Source: a virus. Taken from it: 64,000 nt of DNA. Below, in pieces: positions 45,151 through 54,338 of this stretch. Within the stretch, counting starts at the first letter, position 1. The number at the start of each line of letters is the position of its first letter. Below the pieces are notes generated by a model. It was not told the origin of the DNA. It saw nothing but the letters and a program-made list of their open reading frames with translations, and ran no database searches. The position numbers and the translations under genes were made by a program. The stretch spans positions 33,841-97,840 of IMG/VR virus record IMGVR_UViG_3300005288_000003. One strand, written 5' to 3'.

Positions 45151-45575
45151 TGGTTGAAACAACCTACCGTCTCGCGCTGATGCTCTTGTTTGTCCTGATG
45201 TTCTTCGGCGGTGGAAGCATGCAATCGAAGACGTACAGATTCGAAGTGGAGAAGCCACGTCAGATGTTGATGGTGGACGCATTCGAATACTACAATGATA
45301 CGGGCAAGCCCGGTTGGACAGGTATCTTCCGCGATAAAGAGTTCAACACACGGATCGAGAATCCAATTGAGCCAAAGACATATCGTGACTTTGTAGCCAG
45401 CAACTCTGCACCAAGAGACATGGTAGTGAAGGCCAGCCTGATGGAAGTGAAAGATCCAAAGGCACCACACGCGAGTGCGGTGATTGCCAAGACATTCATG
45501 TTCTTCGGCTTCGTGGGTTTCTTCTGGAACCTCATTGCTGTATTCTTCTACCGTGATCCTTGGAGGTTTAACTGA
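45150..45575 (+). CDS. Membrane protein
   Basis: Hydrophobic segments at both ends. Confidence 0.65.
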   Translation: MVETTYRLALMLLFVLMFFGGGSMQSKTYRFEVEKPRQMLMVDAFEYYNDTGKPGWTGIFRDKEFNTRIENPIEPKTYRDFVASNSAPRDMVVKASLMEVKDPKAPHASAVIAKTFMFFGFVGFFWNLIAVFFYRDPWRFN

Positions 45576-45664
45576 TAGTGCGTGCGTGTGCGGCACGCGT
45601 AAGCGTGCTGTGTAAATGAACAATAGGGAGGCATGGTGCCTCCCTTTTTCAATGGAGAAATAAA

Positions 45665-46021
45665 ATGGCTATTCCAGAATTCAACTGTGTGGACATCGAC
45701 ACACCTATCTATCCGAACCCTTCAATGGGCCACTTCGGGCAAGTGATCAACCTGTATGTGGAAAACCCTGAATGCACAGATGCTGAACGCTCTGCCTTCT
45801 CTGCTCTGGTGCTACAGCTTCCACCACCAATGCAGCACGGAATCCGCACACGTGTATGGCGATTCTTCTACCCTGATGTTCCATATCCGGGCTTGACAGT
45901 GGGTATGCGTGATGTTACAGTGACGGCTTCAAACGAGGTGCTTGTCCCTTACGATGATTTCGTCATGGCTAACGTGCCGTGGGATAAGCTGGGGATGAAT
46001 CTTTGTGGAGGAATCTGTTAA
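45665..46021 (+). CDS. Hypothetical protein
   Basis: GGAG RBS. Confidence 0.65.
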   Translation: MAIPEFNCVDIDTPIYPNPSMGHFGQVINLYVENPECTDAERSAFSALVLQLPPPMQHGIRTRVWRFFYPDVPYPGLTVGMRDVTVTASNEVLVPYDDFVMANVPWDKLGMNLCGGIC

Positions 46022-46215
46022 TGACTACCGTGTGCTCAGTCTGTTCCGCGATTGAGCCAGAGCCGTGGTTTGAACAACCGATGAATGAGACTATACGTGC
46101 CTACGCACATGCATACGTGCTCCCTGTGTGCGTGTATTTTCCTTCAATGGAAGCGGCCCTTGCACACTGGGGCAATGATTTCAACAAGGAGGATTTCCCT
46201 GATGAGCTGGCTTGA
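46021..46215 (+). CDS. Hypothetical protein
   Basis: GGAGG RBS; MTTVCSVC. Confidence 0.5.
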   Translation: MTTVCSVCSAIEPEPWFEQPMNETIRAYAHAYVLPVCVYFPSMEAALAHWGNDFNKEDFPDELA

Positions 46216-46447
46216 AGTAACATCCATGATGGCACCAAAAGAAGAACGTGCGTATTGGCTTGCACGTATCACCGAGGCAACAGAAGAGTGGGGAGGAATG
46301 CCTGTGAACTGTCGATACATGCCGTCCCTTGAACGCACTCCTGCATTGCGTCAGATGTTGAAAGATAAGGTGGTGGTACAAGTGCGACTCGAAAGGCAAT
46401 GGGCACGTAGTCGTTCCCGAAGAACTGTATTGAGGATTCCAGAATGA
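46202..46447 (+). CDS. Hypothetical protein
   Basis: AAGGAGG RBS; MSWLEV. Confidence 0.55.
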   Translation: MSWLEVTSMMAPKEERAYWLARITEATEEWGGMPVNCRYMPSLERTPALRQMLKDKVVVQVRLERQWARSRSRRTVLRIPE

Positions 46448-46568
46448 AACAGGCAGGTGATACAATAGGTGGGTGGATGTGGTATGTCGCACAAGTGAAG
46501 GCAGCCAATCCAACAGCGATCATTGACTATAAAGTCTTAATGCAACAATACATAAAAGGAGTGAAACT

Positions 46569-46751
46569 GTGAACACTGTATACATCGTAGGTGAAGCTGA
46601 AATCGGCACAGAAGAAATCGTTGCAACCATCCGTGTTATGGATAGCGAAGAAGCAGCGGAGGCTGTACGCTTGGAATGGGTCGATCACTTGAAGCGACAC
46701 AATCTGAGTGACAAATACCAAGCTGTTGTGCAAGAATGGGCCATCCTGTGA
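46569..46751 (+). CDS. Hypothetical protein
   Basis: AAGGAG RBS; GTG start. Confidence 0.55.
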   Translation: MNTVYIVGEAEIGTEEIVATIRVMDSEEAAEAVRLEWVDHLKRHNLSDKYQAVVQEWAIL

Positions 46752-46969
46752 TGTGTCCTGAATGCGGCTTATCTGACACACACAAAATGTCTTGCAGTAA
46801 GAGACATGCGAGTCTGAAAGCTATCCGGGATCGTATCGCAGGTGCTGTGCAATTCATGCACCCAACACGAGGCATGGTGTGGCTGTTGAAAGACGGAAGC
46901 ATCATGTCAAAAGAAGAATACAAGAAGCTCATGAGACAGACGTGGGCTTTCTGGTTAGGAGGGAGATAA
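46751..46969 (+). CDS. Hypothetical protein with CPEC...HKMSC motif
   Basis: Coupled ORF. Confidence 0.55.
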   Translation: MCPECGLSDTHKMSCSKRHASLKAIRDRIAGAVQFMHPTRGMVWLLKDGSIMSKEEYKKLMRQTWAFWLGGR

Positions 46970-47187
46970 TGAAACATCCTGATATACGTGTGAACGGATA
47001 CCCTGTTGTCATGTCGTTGATGATGGTGACAGAACCGGGAGAGGGTTGGAAGGGCAGCACCTTCATTGGAGAATATCGCTGCACCAAAGACTTGAACGCT
47101 GCAATTGCGGAACACAAAGACAATGTACCAATCGGGTGGATGTTAGAAGTTGACTTTCAGGATGACATCGACTACCCTCTCTCCTGA
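46969..47187 (+). CDS. Hypothetical protein
   Basis: GGAG RBS; MKHPDI. Confidence 0.6.
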   Translation: MKHPDIRVNGYPVVMSLMMVTEPGEGWKGSTFIGEYRCTKDLNAAIAEHKDNVPIGWMLEVDFQDDIDYPLS

Positions 47188-47215
47188 TTTCTACCCCCCG
47201 CCGAAATTTTAAAAT

Positions 47216-47242
47216 AGCCTCCTTCATTGGGGGCTTTCTTTT
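47216..47242 (+). terminator. Terminator ending the + strand block
   Basis: AGCCTCC/GGGGGCT hairpin + TTCTTTT. Confidence 0.7.
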
Positions 47243-47411
47243 GTCTGGTTAAAAAGTAACCACTGGCGTTTAGCTAGCCACCAAGGCCATTCCTCCCCAA
47301 ACCCAGTTTTACATTTCAGGTACTCTCCTAAATCCTAATCGGATTTATATTTTAGGGACTTAACAAAAGCTAAGCACCCCTATAGCTGGCCGCCGTAATT
47401 TGAAAATAAGT

Positions 47412-47427
47412 TGGCACGCATCCTGCA
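47412..47427 (+). promoter_or_regulatory. sigma54 -24/-12 motif
   Basis: TGGCACGCATCCTGCA (GG-N10-GC). Confidence 0.6.
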
Positions 47428-47454
47428 TAAATCATCACTCATTCGCTAGTGGTT

Positions 47455-47470
47455 CGTTCCACGTGGAACA
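47455..47470. promoter_or_regulatory. parS: parS site
   Basis: CGTTCCACGTGGAACA; one mismatch to TGTTCCACGTGGAACA. Confidence 0.75.
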
Positions 47471-47669
47471 TAGCCCGCCCGGTGATGCCTTCGGCGTCAA
47501 ACCTTCTGCCCTTTGCACACATACAAACACTTATAACAAAAGGGGTATATAAGAACTGATATTGTGGTCGCACTATATATAGAGAGCTGTACACCTCGGA
47601 TAGCTCGCACTCTGAGGGACATACACACCACACTACGGTAGCACACCATAGGACATTGCACACACAACA

Positions 47670-47765
47670 TGGCACACTGTGTGCATCACTACACATGGCA
47701 TGCCCTATGCATAGCGTTTCATTTATCGTGTGCGATATTGCGATTGACATGCATATTATGTGCCA
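47670..47765. promoter_or_regulatory. Three clustered sigma54 -24/-12 motifs
   Basis: TGGCACACTGTGTGCA (+47670), TGGCATGCCCTATGCA (+47696), TGGCACATAATATGCA (-47765..47750). Confidence 0.55.
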
Positions 47766-48208
47766 CTCACACACCACACCCCTCCATAGGCTACCCCTAT
47801 CACCCTGTTCGCATCGATTGGAATGTATTTCTTGACACGCCAGTGTAAGTGTGATCGTTTTGCTTAGACATCACGTGGTGCTGCCCAAGCTCCGGCGAGT
47901 GAGAAACCCATATAGCATGTTTTGAAGGGTTATTGACCTATGGCCAGCCATAGGGCGAGATTCACTGTAGGCCACGGCCTACGGGGCTCACAGAGCTTTA
48001 TAGAGGGTTATTTAGGGCTCCGCCCTGATGGTCATACTCTGTCGTCTTCGACAGGTTTTGAAACCCTTTTCAAATGGTATAACAATATATTTATTTATAT
48101 GTATCCCTTCTATAGAGGGTAATGCTTTCGCCTTCGGCTTGTGGTGCAAAACCTACAGCGGAGCTGTGAGGGTATACCCTTTCACCTTCGGTTAATGTGC
48201 AAGAATGC

Positions 48209-48233
48209 AAAAGCCCCGCACTAGCGGGGCTTT
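48209..48233. terminator. AAAAGCCCCGC/GCGGGGC terminator family (also ~51378, ~53001, ~57556)
   Basis: Same stem repeated after - strand genes. Confidence 0.75.
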
Positions 48234-48248
48234 GTTTCACGTGGAACA
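48233..48248. promoter_or_regulatory. parS: parS site
   Basis: TGTTTCACGTGGAACA; fits TGTTNCACGTGNAACA. Confidence 0.8.
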
Positions 48249-48250
48249 TT

Positions 48251-48523
48251 TCAAGGCAAACGCAAACCCTTGCCATCGGTGATGATGATTTGAGAGCCAA
48301 ACCCAACGACACAACCTGTCTCGCCTTGCGAGTGTGCTTTAAGGCATGTTTCGATTACAGACATGCTATCTGAGGTTGTTGGCACTTCTTGCCATTTGGT
48401 TGTAGTCCAGCCGAAAGAGGAGTGATAGAAACCCTCCTTCACAAACCATACGCCATCCTCACGACGAGCGTATTTATAGCCGTCATTGCCGATGCGAGTG
48501 AAAGCTAAGTTTGCCTTTGCCAT
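48251..48523 (-). CDS. Hypothetical protein
   Basis: GGAG RBS; own promoter and terminator. Confidence 0.7.
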   Translation of the reverse strand: MAKANLAFTRIGNDGYKYARREDGVWFVKEGFYHSSFGWTTTKWQEVPTTSDSMSVIETCLKAHSQGETGCVVGFGSQIIITDGKGLRLP

Positions 48524-48613
48524 AACGTGCTACTCCGTCAAGGGGGCGAACCATTTCGCCTCTTCCTTGGTTAGCATTCTACACACGTGCAAACCACTGT
48601 GCAACATTCTTTT

Positions 48614-48898
48614 TCACGGAATGTCGTTATCTGCTACTTTCTCACAAGTGAAGTCATAGTCTGTCAACGTGCTAAGCTCTTCACGAACGCCGAAACGATC
48701 AAGGTATTTTTGGGCTAACTCTTGGTTCAATGCCTTGAGCTTGCCGGACTGTTCAAAGGTGAAAGCTTTCCCGAATAGGTCGCTTTCTACATACAATGTT
48801 TCATTGCATGGGGCTTGTGTGTGCCACTCTGTATCTGTGGCGATAACGTAGCCATTGCAGTTGGCGAAAGAGCACAGGGTAAGAATCAGAGCGTACAT
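48614..48898 (-). CDS. Exported protein (DUF1482-like N-terminus)
   Basis: MYALILTLCSFANC; AAGGAGG RBS. Confidence 0.65.
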   Translation of the reverse strand: MYALILTLCSFANCNGYVIATDTEWHTQAPCNETLYVESDLFGKAFTFEQSGKLKALNQELAQKYLDRFGVREELSTLTDYDFTCEKVADNDIP

Positions 48899-49134
48899 TA
48901 TTTAGCCTCCTTTGAGCGAAGCGAAACACCTTTCGAAAGGTTGCACAGAGTCAGAAGGATGAAAGCCCCAAGACAGATAGCGATAATATCGTACATTACG
49001 AAAGACTCCACAAGGTGAACAGGACAACAATGAAAGCGGGATAAAGGAGAATGGTACGTGTGGATAACATTTTGAAGCCTCCTAAGTGTGTGAAGCCATT
49101 GTACCAACTTCACACACAAGATGGAAGCTTTATT

Positions 49135-49332
49135 TCACACTACTCGCCAGCCTTCCAAGGTATGACGGCAAGACAGAGCGGCGGCGTTGTAGCCATTTGC
49201 TTTAGCTTCACGTTCGATAATGGCACGCACTTTGCGGGTATTTTCTTTGCTGTAGGTTGTACCAACTTCGGCAAGAATTTTTGCATCGGTGGCGTCTTTG
49301 AAGGCTTCGAACTTAGCGTGAGATTCGTTCAT
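49135..49332 (-). CDS. Hypothetical protein
   Basis: 65 aa, downstream of a promoter and structured leader. Confidence 0.6.
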   Translation of the reverse strand: MNESHAKFEAFKDATDAKILAEVGTTYSKENTRKVRAIIEREAKANGYNAAALSCRHTLEGWRVV

Positions 49333-49482
49333 GTTCTTTACTCGTTTGTGTGTGGGTGTGCTAGGCGCTGTAACCGCTTTTCTGCCTAGCTCGCGGGATG
49401 GTTCTGACGGCCATCAAGTCGGAGGCTTCTGCCACCCTATCAGCGCTTTTTAAGAGTTATCGCTGCTTTCTCTGTATGGCCC

Positions 49483-49510
49483 ATTCTACAGGAACTAGAA
49501 TGGGCGTCAA
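49483..49510 (-). promoter_or_regulatory. Early-type sigma70 promoter (representative of ~10 in 48.5-57.9 kb)
   Basis: TTGACG-N16-TAGAAT; shared CCTG-TAGAAT. Confidence 0.75.
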
Positions 49511-49522
49511 CCATTTATTTCA

Positions 49523-49768
49523 TCAACCCGAAACTATTTTACACAGCATTCCCCGAGGCATGATGAACTGCAAAGCGAATTGCTGTGCATCCTCAAGCTG
49601 TGCAAAGCTTTCAAACTTCCAACCAACATCAACGCCACCCGAAGAAGTCGAAACTTCATAGGATGGCACGTGGATTGCTTCCATACCCGGCTGTGCCGTT
49701 GTTTGAAAGATGTTCGCCACTTTGACGGATTCAAGGTTAGCGTTGGTGAACGTTTGAATCTTTTTCAT
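49523..49768 (-). CDS. Hypothetical protein
   Basis: 81 aa; own promoter. Confidence 0.65.
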   Translation of the reverse strand: MKKIQTFTNANLESVKVANIFQTTAQPGMEAIHVPSYEVSTSSGGVDVGWKFESFAQLEDAQQFALQFIMPRGMLCKIVSG

Positions 49769-50017
49769 GGCCCTAGCCTCATTGGTTGGGTGGCTGTTTG
49801 CTTCCCTATGTCGGCCATTCTACAGGATTGGTCTACCCTGTAAACAACTATTTTCGTATAAGCACACGAAAAACCCAAACCCAAAAGCATAAGGCGAATA
49901 CAGCTAGAACAGGGTGCTCAATTCCACACATTTCAGAGTCTCACATTTTTCGATGTTGTGTCAATAGGCTTTTTAAACGCTCTGTAGTGCGTTCCATTCG
50001 TTTGCTTTTTTTTCATG

Positions 50018-50200
50018 TCACGCCTCTTTCGGCTCATAAGGCCAACCCTGTCTAGACCATGCTTTAAAGCGTTCCTCTGTAGCTAGAACATGGTTAGCGT
50101 CAAAGCATAAACCTTGCGTAAAGGGGGAGCCGTACAGGGTACGGCTGACAGTCAACCAAACCCCCGCCCTACGTGGCAACCGTTTAAAGACTAGCCCCAT
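50018..50200 (-). CDS. Hypothetical protein
   Basis: Coupled ORF. Confidence 0.5.
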   Translation of the reverse strand: MGLVFKRLPRRAGVWLTVSRTLYGSPFTQGLCFDANHVLATEERFKAWSRQGWPYEPKEA

Positions 50201-50658
50201 TACAGGGATTGGCCCTTGGCCCTTTCTGTGCCTTTCTTCGCTTCTGGCGTGGCCTTGGGGGCTTCTGGAACGTCGCCTAGAGCGTCGTCAAGCTTCTTTT
50301 CCAAGAAGTCTATGGCCTTACCGCCAATGCGTTGCCCTGTCTCACTGGTGACGGCCTTGTAAGTTACGCCACTGCCGACGATGATAGCCAAATCCTTTTG
50401 GGATGGCACAAGGTAAGTTAGGCAACCGAGGACTAGACCAACGATCATAGACCACTTAGACAACGTGGCAAACGTTTTAAATCCGGGTTGTTTCATCTGT
50501 TCGGCGGTTGTCCGCTTCGTGTCAATGGCAGAGAAAGAAGCGGCAAACAAGATGATACCGAACAACAAAGCGCCTCCCCAAAAGGCGCCCCAACCGAGGG
50601 CCAGCAACGCAGCAAGCTTTTCAACCATTACGAAAACATAGATTACAAACCATTCCAT
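50200..50658 (-). CDS. Membrane protein
   Basis: 2-3 hydrophobic segments. Confidence 0.7.
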   Translation of the reverse strand: MEWFVIYVFVMVEKLAALLALGWGAFWGGALLFGIILFAASFSAIDTKRTTAEQMKQPGFKTFATLSKWSMIVGLVLGCLTYLVPSQKDLAIIVGSGVTYKAVTSETGQRIGGKAIDFLEKKLDDALGDVPEAPKATPEAKKGTERAKGQSL

Positions 50659-51173
50659 TACAGCAAACTCCTAAGGATTAGAGGGATAAAAGGTGTTACA
50701 GGGTAAAAGGTTTCACATTGGCACGCTTCAAAGCTTCCATTGCTACCAGCCTTACGGCGTGCTTGAGCTTCTGTCATACCGTAGTGGACTGCTGCCGTAG
50801 GTTGAACCCCAGCCACGTCAGACAATTCAGTGTATTGTGACGATGCTTGATAGGTGGCGAGAAACTGTTCAAGCGTTGTATATTTCCAGTTTGCACCACG
50901 TAGCGACCACGTTGGGCATTCGTTGAACATATCTTGATAGGTGCGGTTGTCACCTTGTACCAACTGCCAGCCTGTGCCAGTGCTACGGGGTTGGTCTGTC
51001 TTATAGTTGCCGGTAAAGTTGAAACCGCCCAAATCGAGTTGAAAACTCACAACCTTAGAACCTTCGGCGTCTGTGTAGAAGCCATAAGTGCCGCTCTTAG
51101 CGATGAACACGCGAAAGCCAGAAGCTTTGATGTTCTTTGCCAGTTCGCTGGTAGCTTCGATTTTCCAAGACAT
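50658..51173 (-). CDS. Hypothetical protein
   Basis: Start MSWKIE after AAGGA; promoter at 51225-51252. Confidence 0.65.
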   Translation of the reverse strand: MSWKIEATSELAKNIKASGFRVFIAKSGTYGFYTDAEGSKVVSFQLDLGGFNFTGNYKTDQPRSTGTGWQLVQGDNRTYQDMFNECPTWSLRGANWKYTTLEQFLATYQASSQYTELSDVAGVQPTAAVHYGMTEAQARRKAGSNGSFEACQCETFYPVTPFIPLILRSLL

Positions 51174-51416
51174 GATTGCGTTTCCTTTCAATTGGTAGAA
51201 GCTTATTCGCTTCTGATGTTGGTCATTCTACAGGGTGTGACATCCGTGTCAACACAATTTTAAAGCGAAGTTGAAAACATTATGAACAGAGATATCAGCC
51301 ATACAATGAACAATGTTGTCAAGATGATTATTGTGATTTTCTCTATAAGCGTCATACAACCTACCTCCCTAGAGACGAAAAAGCCCCGCTGGTTAGGCGG
51401 GGCGAAGGGTTGTAGC

Positions 51417-52874
51417 TTATGCCGCTTCTGGTTTTTCAGCGGTGCGGCTTGGTAGTTTCAACATCCAGCGAATCATGTCACCGATGATCGGGTAGATATC
51501 GTTGTGGCGAGTGGCGAACCGCATCCACTTATTCTGGACATCAAAGACACCGATAGAGCGTGAACTGTCACCGCCATCCGGCAGGTAGTCACGAAGGCCG
51601 GTAAGCTTGGCTCTGATGCGTTCTTGCTCAGTCATTTCATAGAACCGCCATACCGGATTAGTGTGGCTGAAATTGACTTGACTCAAGTTTTGCAGAAGGC
51701 GTTCCAAGTCTTCTGTAGCTGTTTCATCCCGACGACGACCGTACCCAAGGTCGTACACGAGTTTTGCAATGGCCTTGACGACTACAGGCTGTGCTAGCAC
51801 CGTGTTAGCCTTTGCCCCTTGCTCACCAAACCCCGGAACGTTAGCAATAGCGCCCCACATACGGCACGCTGTAGCATATTTCTCTTCTACATCGGCAGGC
51901 GTGGCACTGGCGATGCTGGTTTTGTTCAGGAACAGGATAGCGTTTGTTGCTGCCAAGTCGCGGAACGTCCAGCGGCCTGTATCCTTTGCCCAGTTGGTTT
52001 GGTCGCCATCTGCTACATCGTCCCAATCCAGAATGTGAGGTAACAATTCACTCTGGATAAACTGGTTAACAGGGTTGGCGCTGTCAAACTTAAGTGCTAG
52101 ACTACGCTCCACCTTTTTAGCAAGGTTGTTCAGGTCGTGAAACAGTTGTTGCTCTTCCCGAACGCCAAGCCCTAGATGAATCTCGACAGCCACCTTACTG
52201 AAACCCCGTGCCACTTCGTCGCATTCGTCCCAAGCTGCCAGCACTTCGGTTGGAATGGTTTCCTTGAAATTACCTTCAAAGAGTTTCGGCTTGCGTGGAT
52301 ATTTCCGATTCAACCTGATTTCAGTCAGGAATTCGAAAACCAAATCCATCGCATAGCGTCTGTGCTGGCCATCGATCACGTACAGCATGTCACGTTGCCC
52401 GAGGAACACCTTGAAGCATGCGGTTTCGCCGTCCGCTTCCATTCGTTTACCTTCGATGCCAGCGCCACCGGGTTCAACGGTGCGAAGGTTGCACACGATA
52501 GGCTGCAAGCTCATGTAGGTTTGTGGCCCCATTACCCTTTGCAGTTCGTGCAGTGCCGGCGACTCAGGCTTGTGGAAGTTGCGACGGTATTCAATAGCCG
52601 CTGCAATCATGCCCCGAAGGATGTACTTAGCAAGGCCGGTGGCGTGAGCTTCGTTCAATGGCCGCTGTGTGGCTGGCGAGCCATCGGGTTGACGTTCGTT
52701 CGCTACCTTGCTCATAGCGTAGAAGTCTTTCATTGGAATCAGGGCGATAAAGGTACGGTGCCCCAAATTGTGACCAATGAACACCTTTTCAGGTCTGACT
52801 TGAGAGTCAGCTTCTTTCAACAGGTTGTCGATGGAAGTGAGTGGAGTAGGGAGCGATTCATTTGGCATGAACAT
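51417..52874 (-). CDS. DGQHR/DndB-family protein (ParB/Srx-like fold)
   Basis: QRPLNEAH, YVIDGQHRR, EQQLFHDLN motifs; AGGAG RBS; own promoter and terminator. Confidence 0.85.
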   Translation of the reverse strand: MFMPNESLPTPLTSIDNLLKEADSQVRPEKVFIGHNLGHRTFIALIPMKDFYAMSKVANERQPDGSPATQRPLNEAHATGLAKYILRGMIAAAIEYRRNFHKPESPALHELQRVMGPQTYMSLQPIVCNLRTVEPGGAGIEGKRMEADGETACFKVFLGQRDMLYVIDGQHRRYAMDLVFEFLTEIRLNRKYPRKPKLFEGNFKETIPTEVLAAWDECDEVARGFSKVAVEIHLGLGVREEQQLFHDLNNLAKKVERSLALKFDSANPVNQFIQSELLPHILDWDDVADGDQTNWAKDTGRWTFRDLAATNAILFLNKTSIASATPADVEEKYATACRMWGAIANVPGFGEQGAKANTVLAQPVVVKAIAKLVYDLGYGRRRDETATEDLERLLQNLSQVNFSHTNPVWRFYEMTEQERIRAKLTGLRDYLPDGGDSSRSIGVFDVQNKWMRFATRHNDIYPIIGDMIRWMLKLPSRTAEKPEAA

Positions 52875-53040
52875 GGCATTTCTCCTAGAACGTTTGGTTT
52901 GCCTTTCGGCTTGGGCTCGGCTGTTTGCCTTGCTTGATTAAGAGACTAGCACCCCTAGAATGAGAGTCAAGGATTATTTTCAATTATTTTCTATGGAATG
53001 AAAAAGCCCCGCTAGGCGGGGCTTTCCTCAGGCTATTGCA

Positions 53041-53346
53041 TCAATCATGCCAATCTACATCAACATCGTTCGAAGCGGCTAGCTGGCCCTGCAAGCTGTT
53101 TTGTAGCTCTTCTTGAAACTCTACCTTGATCGCCTCAAACATCCCCGGCGACAGTTGGCGAAGAGCGCCCCCCGGCTTGACGTTCAAACCACAAATCGTC
53201 ACTTCGCTATAAGTGGCGTTCAAATGCTCTTCAAGCTCCTGATCCGTCACTTGCACAACCCCCAGCTTCACGTCATACCCACGGAAAGCCTTAACAGCAC
53301 CTAACGACAGCAAAACAACCTTATTCATACTGCCCAATCTATACAA
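53041..53346 (-). CDS. Hypothetical acidic protein
   Basis: EVTICGL...ALRQLSP; promoter at 53401-53428. Confidence 0.65.
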   Translation of the reverse strand: MYRLGSMNKVVLLSLGAVKAFRGYDVKLGVVQVTDQELEEHLNATYSEVTICGLNVKPGGALRQLSPGMFEAIKVEFQEELQNSLQGQLAASNDVDVDWHD

Positions 53347-53469
53347 CTCCTATGGTTGCCGGTGGCTGCCTTTCTGGCTTATTCCTTCCCGGTGACGAAC
53401 ATTCTACAGGGAATCAGGGCCACGTCAACTAGAAAAACTCTAATTAAATCAGTGGCCCTAGATGGTTAG

Positions 53470-53808
53470 TTAATCTTCTTTGTCGTCTTCAAAGATGTAT
53501 TCGGTGCCACCTACCTTGCAACTGGTCATTTTCGACAGCGTGACGTTAACCCAAGGATAGGGATTGCCCGCTGCGATTTTGTCCGGGTCGGCGGCGGTAT
53601 ACATGTCCGGGTTAGCTGCTACCGGGTTGGCCTTGACATCATCTTTCGTGCCGCTTGTCAAGGCTTTATTCATCCATTGTTTCAGAACCCGATGCGTGGT
53701 AGTGCCATCCTTTTTAATCCACGTCACACCCATCATCTGGCCTTTGTTGCCGTCCAGAATTTCCCGCTTCTGTTTGATGGTAGCGCCTTTGATAACTACT
53801 GTGTTCAT
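53470..53808 (-). CDS. WYL_2/DUF2693-like SH3-fold protein
   Basis: GVTWIKKDGT motif. Confidence 0.6.
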   Translation of the reverse strand: MNTVVIKGATIKQKREILDGNKGQMMGVTWIKKDGTTTHRVLKQWMNKALTSGTKDDVKANPVAANPDMYTAADPDKIAAGNPYPWVNVTLSKMTSCKVGGTEYIFEDDKED

Positions 53809-53996
53809 GATCTGTAAGCCTCGGTTAGTCTTCGGAGTCAGCCACTAGCAGGATAGGGAAATCGAAGTTATCAGACTCGGCTTCGAAGACTTCCTGTGTG
53901 TCTGTGGTGAAAGGATACCACACCTTCGCCACCTGTACACAACTATTTTTACGGTAAATTTTCCAATACATTTTGTTATCTTATAACCTTTACATT

Positions 53997-54332
53997 CTAG
54001 GCGTAGCAGGCGGCTCCCGCTGGCGTTACATACTGTGAACTATGCCAGTATATGCCCCACACTGTTAGCAGGGCTTGTAAGTGGCGTGTAGTGCCTTGCC
54101 CGCGCATCTGTGGGCATGTTCTCTTATAGTAAATCTCGCCATCTGGATTCAGTAGAACACCGCTGTATCCGATGTTATGCGCTACTGACTTGAAAACTAC
54201 AATCCGATACCGCCCTACATGGTCACGAAAAAGCCTGATAACGCGGCCATCTGCTAGGGTAGAGACTCTTTGCAGGGTCTCAAGGCCGGTTAACATACAC
54301 TGATTCAGCGCGTTATAAACCGATTGATTCAT
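53997..54332 (-). CDS. Hypothetical protein with GNAT-like acetyl-CoA motif
   Basis: TCPQMRGQGTTRHL. Confidence 0.5.
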   Translation of the reverse strand: MNQSVYNALNQCMLTGLETLQRVSTLADGRVIRLFRDHVGRYRIVVFKSVAHNIGYSGVLLNPDGEIYYKRTCPQMRGQGTTRHLQALLTVWGIYWHSSQYVTPAGAACYA

Positions 54333-54338
54333 GCCCTA

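Noticed and set aside
48040-48055. LexA box CTGT-N8-ACAG
   Set aside because: The spacer is not AT-rich and the match is explained by the palindrome CTGTCG/CGACAG.
47439-48312. Track ORFs in the left border region
   Set aside because: No RBS, odd Cys/His-rich composition from CA repeats; better read as non-coding.
49059-49067. DnaA box TGTGGATAA
   Set aside because: Single copy; roughly 0.5 expected by chance in 64 kb.
51417-52874. Complete phage phosphorothioation (Dnd) system
   Set aside because: No dndA/C/D/E-like genes in this window.
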